From the NCBI GenBank assembly GCA_043808015.1, contig JAZDFI010000013.1:1-22251 (forward strand): a stretch of 22,251 nt of DNA, read 5' to 3'. The notes beneath the pieces were generated by a model that saw nothing but the letters and a program-made list of their open reading frames with translations, ran no database searches and was not told where the DNA came from. The DNA is from Candidatus Aenigmatarchaeota archaeon (GTDB lineage: Archaea > Aenigmatarchaeota > Aenigmatarchaeia > QMZP01 > QMZT01). Made by a program: the position numbers and the translations under genes. Shown here in pieces: positions 15,627 through 22,251 of the stretch. Positions within the stretch are counted from its first letter, which is position 1, and the number at the start of each line of letters is the position of its first letter.

Positions 15627-16193
15627 ATGAAAATTCAAAAGGCCGAGATGTTCAACCTGAAGGCAGCGAGCGATAAAAGCAAACCGGACGAGATATTGAA
15701 AATTCTTGACATAAAATCTGGTCAGGCCTTGGCTGACATAGGCTCCGGCGGCGGCTATTTTGCGATGAGATTCGCCGAAGCTGTCGGCAGGAATGGTATA
15801 GTGTATGCTGTGGACGTCAACAAGGAATTTCTAGATTACGTCATGGAAGAGTCCGGAAAGAAGAAAATTGAAAACATAAAGCCGGTCCTCTCGGACGGCG
15901 AGACGGCAGGCCTTCCGGAAAAAGGCATTGACCTCGTTTTCATGCGCAACGCCTACCACCACATACCGAAAAGGGTGGATTATTTCAGGCGTGTTGCGGG
16001 TGCGTTGAAAGGCAACGGAAGGATTGCAATTGTTGAGCGCATTAAGGGCGGCTTCAGTTTGCGCTCGCTTTTGGGGCATTTCGTGGACAAGAAAAAAATA
16101 ATGAGCGAGATGAACGACGCGGGATACGATCTCGCCAAAGAATATGACATACTTGCTAGGCAGTCTTTCATGGTTTTTAAGCCGAAAAAATGA
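15627..16193 (+). CDS. Class I SAM-dependent methyltransferase
   Basis: ADIGSGGGYF (motif I), VYAVDVN, DLVFMRNAYHHI, LKGNGRIAIVE; SD AGGTGA before ATG 15627. Confidence 0.88.
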   Translation: MKIQKAEMFNLKAASDKSKPDEILKILDIKSGQALADIGSGGGYFAMRFAEAVGRNGIVYAVDVNKEFLDYVMEESGKKKIENIKPVLSDGETAGLPEKGIDLVFMRNAYHHIPKRVDYFRRVAGALKGNGRIAIVERIKGGFSLRSLLGHFVDKKKIMSEMNDAGYDLAKEYDILARQSFMVFKPKK

Positions 16194-16202
16194 ATTGATA
16201 TT

Positions 16203-16982
16203 ATGAAAAATCTGGTATTCGTCAAGCTCGGCGGCTCGCTGATAACCGACAAGTCGAGGCCATACACCGCGAGGCATGACGTGATAAGGCGATTGTGCAA
16301 GGAGATACACGAGGCGCGCTCTGAAAAGGATTTCCCGCTGCTCGTAGGCCACGGCGGCGGCAGCTTCCCGCACGTGTCCGCACAGAAATACGAGACGCAT
16401 AAAGGCGCTATTCGCAGCGACAGCTGGGAAGGCTTCGCGAAAGTCCAGGACGACGCCGCGCGGCTCAACAGGATAGTAGTCTCGTCGCTCATGGAAGCCG
16501 ACGAATACGCCGTCTCGATACAGCCGTCCGCATCCTGCACGGCAAGGAACGACCGCATAATCGGATGGCACATGACGCCCATTCAAGTCGCTCTCTCGAA
16601 GGGGCTGATACCAGTGCCGCATGGCGACGTGTGCATCGACGACGTCAAAGGATGCTGCATCATATCCACGGAAGAGATTCTTAACTTTCTCGCGAAAAAG
16701 CTCAGGCCGGAGCGCATAATCATGGCTGGCAAAACCGATGGTGTGCTCGGTCATCTGGGAGAGACGATAAAGCGGATTGACAGGAAAAACTACGCTGGAA
16801 TTATCGACTCGCTCTCCTCGTCGGACGGAATCGCGGACGTGACGGGAGGAATGGCCCAGAAAGTCAAGACGTCGCTGGTCATGGACTGCGAAGTCGAAAT
16901 AATAAACGGCATGAAACCCGGCATGCTCAGAAGAGCGCTGCTAGGGGAGAGAGGGCTGGGAACCATTATTAGCGGAAAGTGA
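16203..16982 (+). CDS. ipk: Isopentenyl phosphate kinase
   Basis: Amino-acid-kinase fold: VKLGGSLITDK, GHGGGSFPH, PVPHGDV, DVTGGMAQKV, GTII. Confidence 0.93.
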   Translation: MKNLVFVKLGGSLITDKSRPYTARHDVIRRLCKEIHEARSEKDFPLLVGHGGGSFPHVSAQKYETHKGAIRSDSWEGFAKVQDDAARLNRIVVSSLMEADEYAVSIQPSASCTARNDRIIGWHMTPIQVALSKGLIPVPHGDVCIDDVKGCCIISTEEILNFLAKKLRPERIIMAGKTDGVLGHLGETIKRIDRKNYAGIIDSLSSSDGIADVTGGMAQKVKTSLVMDCEVEIINGMKPGMLRRALLGERGLGTIISGK

Positions 16983-18008
16983 ATGATGATAATTATGCAT
17001 TCTGATAAAAAGTCCGTCACCAAGTCGCGCAAGGACGACCACATACGCATATGCCTTGAGAAAAACGTCGAATTCGCGAAGTCGAACGGCTTCGACCGCG
17101 TCGAGCTGGAGCACAGCGCGTTACCGGAGATTGAGAGAAGCGACATCGATTTGTCCACCATGTTCCTCGGCAAGAAGTTCCGCTATCCGCTTTTCATAGA
17201 GGCGATAACCGGCGGAACGGAACAGGGGGAGCGCATAAACAAAAACCTTGCACGCGCAGCGGAACAGCTTGGAATTGGCATGGGAGTTGGTTCGCAGCGC
17301 GCGATGCTGGAGGACGCGAAGGCGACTAGAACGTATGCGGTTCGCGATGTCGCTCCTGGCATATTCCTTCTCGGCAACATAGGCGCGGCGCAACTGAGTA
17401 AATACGACACGTCCCGCGTGCTGGCGCTGGTCGATGCGATAAAGGCTGATGGCCTGGCAATCCATCTCAACGTCGCGCAGGAACTCGCCCAAAAAGAAGG
17501 GGACAAATCATGGAAGGGGGTTTATGATGACATAAAGGCGCTGTGCGCCAAGTCAAAAGTCCCGATAATCGCGAAAGAAACCGGCTGCGGCATTTCGGGA
17601 AAGCTTTCGAAATCGCTGGTCACGGCAGGCGTGAAGGCAATCGATATAGCCGGCGCGGGCGGGACTTCATGGGTCAAGGTCGACAGCCATCGCACCAGCG
17701 ACGATGTGAGCCACATCGCGGAATGGGGCATACCTACAGCGACTGCGCTGAAGGACGTCGCTAGCGCTGTCAAAGTCCCGATAATCGCTTCCGGAGGCAT
17801 ACGCAACGGCGTCGATGCCGCTAAGGCGCTAGCGATGGGAGCCGACTTGGTCGGCATGGCCTTGCCGCTGCTGAAACCGGCGACTGAATCTTCCGAAAGT
17901 GTTAAGAAATATCTGCAAAAAATAATCTCGCAGCTTGAGGATGCGATGTTCCTGGTCGGCGCGAGGAACGTGGCCGAGTTGAAGAAAGTGAAAGTCACTT
18001 ACGTCTAG
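16983..18008 (+). CDS. fni: Type 2 isopentenyl-diphosphate isomerase (FMN-dependent)
   Basis: RKDDHIRICL, AITGG, MGVGSQR, NIGAAQL, HLNVAQE, KETGCG, AGAGGTSW, WGIPT, ASGGIRNG. The start may be 16995. Confidence 0.96.
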   Translation: MMIIMHSDKKSVTKSRKDDHIRICLEKNVEFAKSNGFDRVELEHSALPEIERSDIDLSTMFLGKKFRYPLFIEAITGGTEQGERINKNLARAAEQLGIGMGVGSQRAMLEDAKATRTYAVRDVAPGIFLLGNIGAAQLSKYDTSRVLALVDAIKADGLAIHLNVAQELAQKEGDKSWKGVYDDIKALCAKSKVPIIAKETGCGISGKLSKSLVTAGVKAIDIAGAGGTSWVKVDSHRTSDDVSHIAEWGIPTATALKDVASAVKVPIIASGGIRNGVDAAKALAMGADLVGMALPLLKPATESSESVKKYLQKIISQLEDAMFLVGARNVAELKKVKVTYV

Positions 18009-18948
18009 TTTTTTTCAACACACGGAATTCAAAAACTGCAATAAAGGGAAGTGAAAATAACAATATCCATAAATAAAAACTATCACCTATCGTCAAATTT
18101 TGACTCAACGACTCAATAAATTTTGAGTCGTTTTCTTTAATTTCGATTTCTTTCGTGTCATTGAGAATAACGAAAGAAGGTATGAAAGGTATAATATCAA
18201 TTTCTATTTTTATTGTATAGTTATTTGGTCCTAAATTTTTTTCAAAAATACCACCAGAATCAGTTTTTTCAATTAAACTGGTGGAAGGTTCTTTATTCTC
18301 ATCTGGTTTTGCTTCCATGAGATGATGGCTTTTCAAAATAATTCTAGATTCAGTTGGAATTAAATTATTTGTTACTTTTACTGTAAGTCTTCCAGTTTTC
18401 ACATATTTCTCTGTTACATCATGTTGTATTCCAGTACTTTCTGTCCAAAAAACGTAAGATAGCCTTTTGCTTAAATTACCATCAGTCCATACGTCTGAAT
18501 AAAATTTTGGATTATCATAACTTACTTGGCTACCAGTAAAGGGGTCTAAATTAATCCATCTATTTTCTGAAAAAATTTCAACCCAAAAATGACGTTCTCC
18601 GTTTGTACCAACCATTCTTGCAGGTATTCCAATGGAATTTGACATTTGAATAAAAATGTTAGAAAAATCTATACAATCTCCGATTTTTGTAAAGTAAACA
18701 GCCTCTGGTATATGAAAAAACGTGCTACAGCAACTTATATTATATTTATGAAACCACCAAGCTAAAGCCAGCGCTTTTTCTTTATCGGTGCTGAGATTTT
18801 CAGTTTCCCTCAAAGCAATATTTTTATATTCTTTTTGCGCCCATAAAAACTGCCATATACAGATGAACGCGATTGAAACAATTACGACAAGAATAATCCA
18901 TAAAATTCTATTTTTATTTGTTCTTAGCCATTCCAGTGTCTTTTTCAT
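17995..18948 (-). CDS. Membrane-anchored transglutaminase-like (Cys-His-Asp) protein
   Basis: GDCIDFS, GIPARMV, HFWVEI, WINLDP; N- and C-terminal hydrophobic helices; strongly AT-rich. Confidence 0.85.
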   Translation of the reverse strand: MKKTLEWLRTNKNRILWIILVVIVSIAFICIWQFLWAQKEYKNIALRETENLSTDKEKALALAWWFHKYNISCCSTFFHIPEAVYFTKIGDCIDFSNIFIQMSNSIGIPARMVGTNGERHFWVEIFSENRWINLDPFTGSQVSYDNPKFYSDVWTDGNLSKRLSYVFWTESTGIQHDVTEKYVKTGRLTVKVTNNLIPTESRIILKSHHLMEAKPDENKEPSTSLIEKTDSGGIFEKNLGPNNYTIKIEIDIIPFIPSFVILNDTKEIEIKENDSKFIESLSQNLTIGDSFYLWILLFSLPFIAVFEFRVLKKTRRK

Positions 18949-18957
18949 AGCTATGTA

Positions 18958-19344
18958 TCACGCTGACGTGAACCTGTATCGCCTGGGAGCGAACCTGCCG
19001 TTCACGCCCGAGAATCCACATCGTTGACAGGTCATCTTGTAAAGGATTTTCCTGCCCTTGAGGTTCTTCGTGTAAATCTTCTTGAGGCCGCCGTAGCATG
19101 ACGGGCACTTGTCGATTTTTCCACCCATGCGCGTTTCAGTGACGATTTTCGTGCCGGGTATCTTGGAGAAAATGCTGCGCAGGCGGGCGCTCGAGACCGA
19201 CAGTCGCGAGTCGACCATCTTAAGCCGCATGTTGACCAGGTCCGTGAACTCGCGCAGCGAGGCGATATCTTTATGCTTCTGCATGACCTCCTTTATGACG
19301 AAAAGTATGACGTCCCTGTTGGGGACCTTGGCGCCGTCTTTCAT
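18958..19344 (-). CDS. Hypothetical basic protein with C-terminal Zn ribbon
   Basis: CPSC...CQRCG; host-like codon usage. Confidence 0.75.
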   Translation of the reverse strand: MKDGAKVPNRDVILFVIKEVMQKHKDIASLREFTDLVNMRLKMVDSRLSVSSARLRSIFSKIPGTKIVTETRMGGKIDKCPSCYGGLKKIYTKNLKGRKILYKMTCQRCGFSGVNGRFAPRRYRFTSA

Positions 19345-19377
19345 GCTTAACTTTTGAAGCCGGGATTTTTAAGACTT

Positions 19378-19689
19378 TCAGAAGCGGTAAAGGCGGTTTT
19401 TCAGGTCAATTTTGCCATTCGCTAGCGTTATGCCGTCCTTCTTCAGAAGCGCGGTCTTGGTTTTCACGCCGCCGCGGCCCGAATACCCGCCGAGCGAGCC
19501 GTCCGAGCGAATGACCTTGTAGCACGGCGTCTTTATCGGATCGGGATTGTGCTTCATGAACATCGCCACCGCGCGCGGATGCGTTCCTGTTGCTTTCGCA
19601 AGCGCCCCGTATGTCGTTATTCTGCCGCGCGGCACCTTTCTCAGCAGAGAATATACAGTTTCCCTTGCAGTTACCCTTTTACAAGCCAT
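19378..19689 (-). CDS. MGMT/Ogt-family DNA alkyl-repair protein (C-terminal domain only)
   Basis: VPRGRITTYGALA, PRAVA, TPCYKVIRSDGSLGGYS, KTALLKKDG; ATG 19689 chosen as start. Confidence 0.85.
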   Translation of the reverse strand: MACKRVTARETVYSLLRKVPRGRITTYGALAKATGTHPRAVAMFMKHNPDPIKTPCYKVIRSDGSLGGYSGRGGVKTKTALLKKDGITLANGKIDLKNRLYRF

Positions 19690-19752
19690 GTTTAAACATC
19701 TCCATTTTAGAATATATATTCCCCAAATCAATCTATTTAAATTGAGGGAATT

Positions 19753-20313
19753 ATGCTGAAAGAGCAGAGCACGAAGGACGGGATAGAGAAGAACGACGCG
19801 GTGAAGACCATAAAGGACAACGAAATCGTCCTGTTTCTCCTGCCCAATCAGAGCTACGCCGACAAGATAAAAGTCATCGCCGGAGCGGCGGCTAAAGCTG
19901 GCGAAAGGATATGCTACGTCTCGGCCAACAAGCCGTCAGAAGTCCTTTCCAATGATTTCAGCAAGAACAGCATCGATACGTCCAAGTTCTATTTCGTGGA
20001 CTGCGTCACCAAAAGCCTCAAGAACAGCGAGAAAGTCGTTTACGTTTCGTCGCCCAAAGCGCTCACCGAGATAAACATAGCGCTGAAAAAGATGATCGAA
20101 TCGTCGAAGGCGGATATGACGCTTTTCGATTCGCTTTCCACGCTTCTCATATACGAGGACTCGCACGTCGTCATACGCTTCGTCCACTCGATAATATCGG
20201 CCTTCAGGACCATGAAGTCGAAGGGCATTCTTATATCTCTCAAGGAAGAGACGCAGAGCGAGCTGATAAAAGACTTGAACATGTTCGTCGACAAAGTGGT
20301 AGAGTTGGGTTAG
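19753..20313 (+). CDS. KaiC/RecA-fold-like regulatory protein lacking Walker A
   Basis: ICYVSANKP, FYFVDCVT, SSPKALTEI, LFDSLSTLLIY, FVDKVVEL; no GxxxxGKT motif. Confidence 0.7.
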   Translation: MLKEQSTKDGIEKNDAVKTIKDNEIVLFLLPNQSYADKIKVIAGAAAKAGERICYVSANKPSEVLSNDFSKNSIDTSKFYFVDCVTKSLKNSEKVVYVSSPKALTEINIALKKMIESSKADMTLFDSLSTLLIYEDSHVVIRFVHSIISAFRTMKSKGILISLKEETQSELIKDLNMFVDKVVELG

Positions 20314-20327
20314 CTGATGGTGTGTTA

Positions 20328-22251
20328 ATGCCGGTTGGGGTAAATGGTAAAAAACACGCGCTTAGCCGCGAGGATGCTTTGCATGAAAAAATCAGGCAAT
20401 GCGCTCCCATAATCGACGCCTTCCCTGACATAGCTTATTTTAAGGACATGGAACACAGGAACGTTTTCATAAACAGGGCTTTCGAAAAATTCGCCGGCCG
20501 CAAAAAAGACGCAATCATAGGCAAGCGCGACGACGAGTTCCTGCCCAAGGCGCTGGCGACTCAGTGCATGAAAAGCGACGCCGCCGCCATGAGCGGGAAG
20601 CCCGTGCGCACTGAGGAGATTTTCAAAAACAAAGACGGCAAGACTGCATTCTTCGACACCATGAAATTCCCGCTGAAAGACGGGGACCAGATAATCGGCA
20701 TTATGGGCATAAGCCGCGAAATCACGGAGAAGAAGCGCGACGAGCACGAACTAAAGGAAAGCGAAGCTTCGTACAAGGCCATAGCCGGCAACATACCCGG
20801 TATCGTATACAGGATTCACCTGAAAGGTGAAAAAAACTTCACGGAATTTTTCAACGATAACGTGACGTCTCTGACAGGCTACCCGCCGGAGAAGCTCCAT
20901 GTGGGGGAATGCCCGATGGACCCGCTGATAATCGGCGAAGACAGGAAACATGCGATAGAGACCATCGAAAAAGCGATAAAGAACGGGCAGCCTTACAAGG
21001 TGGAATACCGCATAAAAAACAAGAATGGCGATATCCGCCACTTCGTGGAAAGGGGCAGGCCCGTGCTCGGCAGCAAGCTGAAGGCCGAACACATAGACGG
21101 CGTCATTTTTGACGTCACCCAGAGCAAAAAGGCCGATGACGCCTTCAGGAACGTCATGGACCAGTACAAATATCTATATGATGAAAGCCCCGCAGTCAAC
21201 ATAATAGTCGGCAGGGATGGCAAAATAAGGGACATAAACAGGAAGTCTGCCGAATCCATAGGATACACCCGCGAGGAAATGATTGGTAAAAGCATTTTCA
21301 GCATGATGACGCCATCCGACATAAAGAAGGTGCTGGTCGTCCTCAAAGACAGCATCATGAACAAGCCGACGCCGGAACTCGAGCTGGACATAAAGGCGAA
21401 GGACGGTTCTGTCATAAAGCTGCTTCTTTCCGAAGGCGGCACGCCAATTTATGATAAAGGGAATGCTATTGGCGTGCTGGTCACGGGTATGAACATCACC
21501 GAACACATGAAGGCGGAGAGCACTCTGGACAAGAACCAAGCGCTGCTCCGCGACATGGCGCAGATGGCGAAAATCGGCGGCTGGGAATTCTACGTGGATA
21601 CCCTCAATCAGAAATGGACCGAGGAAACGTTCCGCATCCTGGAAGTCGACTACGACGGAGTAGCTCCCAAGGTTCCCAAGGGGGTCAATTTCATCGTCCC
21701 GGAGTACAGGCTGATGGCTGACAAGGCCATCCAGCGCGCCATTAAGTTCGGCGAGCCGTACGACCAGGAGTGGGAAGTAGTAACGGCGAAAGGGAACAGA
21801 AAATGGGTTCGGGCGGTCGCGAAGGTGAATCGAACCAATGGAAAAATCACCAGCGTCTCGGGCTCGTTCCAGGACATCACCGAGCAGAAAAAAATGTTTG
21901 AAAAAATGAAGGAAAGCGAAGAGCAATACAGGTTCCTGGTCGACAGTATGCATGAAATAGCAATTATCCTCAGCAAGACCGGAACGATAATGTTTGCCAA
22001 CAGATCTTCACTGGAAACCCTTGGCTATAGCGAAAGCGAGGTTATAGGCAAATCCATAACAGGTTTCCTCACGAAAGGCTCGCTCAAGAAAGCCTTTTGG
22101 GCTATCGGCGAGGAATTCCTCGGCAATAAACAGGGAGATATGGAAGTGAATATCAAAAACAAAAAAGGCGAGATAAGAACTTTGATTATTTCCTCGGCCT
22201 CTAACCCAGTCCACAAAGACGGAAAAGTGATAGGGACGCTTGTGAACGCCA
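20328..22251 (+). CDS. Multi-PAS/PAC sensor protein (at least 5 PAS domains), 3'-truncated by the window edge
   Basis: Absent from the ORF track because there is no stop in the window. Reading from ATG 20328 gives IDAFPDIAYFKD..SREITEKK, NIPGIVYR..FDVTQSK, DESPAVN..MNITEH, AKIGGWEF..FQDITEQK, ESEEQYRFLVDSM.. Confidence 0.9.
   Translation, partial: MPVGVNGKKHALSREDALHEKIRQCAPIIDAFPDIAYFKDMEHRNVFINRAFEKFAGRKKDAIIGKRDDEFLPKALATQCMKSDAAAMSGKPVRTEEIFKNKDGKTAFFDTMKFPLKDGDQIIGIMGISREITEKKRDEHELKESEASYKAIAGNIPGIVYRIHLKGEKNFTEFFNDNVTSLTGYPPEKLHVGECPMDPLIIGEDRKHAIETIEKAIKNGQPYKVEYRIKNKNGDIRHFVERGRPVLGSKLKAEHIDGVIFDVTQSKKADDAFRNVMDQYKYLYDESPAVNIIVGRDGKIRDINRKSAESIGYTREEMIGKSIFSMMTPSDIKKVLVVLKDSIMNKPTPELELDIKAKDGSVIKLLLSEGGTPIYDKGNAIGVLVTGMNITEHMKAESTLDKNQALLRDMAQMAKIGGWEFYVDTLNQKWTEETFRILEVDYDGVAPKVPKGVNFIVPEYRLMADKAIQRAIKFGEPYDQEWEVVTAKGNRKWVRAVAKVNRTNGKITSVSGSFQDITEQKKMFEKMKESEEQYRFLVDSMHEIAIILSKTGTIMFANRSSLETLGYSESEVIGKSITGFLTKGSLKKAFWAIGEEFLGNKQGDMEVNIKNKKGEIRTLIISSASNPVHKDGKVIGTLVNA

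Overview
Archaeal genomic window (GGTGA-type SD sites, TATA/BRE promoters, TFB, topoisomerase VI, BHB tRNA introns; a DPANN-like lineage is plausible but only inferred). Left to right: a truncated hypothetical gene; aIF-1A, KH-domain Dim2/Pno1, top6B, top6A; a ~2.2 kb tRNA island; trm1, tfb, aIF-5A, ribL, ferredoxin; the lower archaeal (Aeropyrum-type) mevalonate pathway cluster (MVK, UbiD-type AMPD, LpdD-like, PMDh large and small, UbiX, a SAM methyltransferase, IPK, IDI-2); a transglutaminase-like gene, a Zn-finger gene, an MGMT-like gene, a KaiC/RecA-fold protein and a multi-PAS sensor running off the right end. The most striking part is the tRNA island (4575-6766). It has two tRNA genes with three bulge-helix-bulge introns at non-canonical positions: tRNA-Asn 50/51, and tRNA-Phe 4/5 and 30/31. 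Each tRNA abuts an AT-rich, free-standing two-motif LAGLIDADG endonuclease gene, on the side nearest an intron. The second endonuclease ORF reads through the tRNA-Phe 5' exon and uses the last three bases of the 15-nt intron as its stop codon. This suggests a collaborative-homing system of tRNA introns plus adjacent endonucleases (hypothesis). Other oddities: a 23-aa hyper-acidic sORF with its own promoter and SD, a perfect 36-bp tandem duplication in the TFB zinc ribbon, and a 200-bp top6B/top6A overlap.
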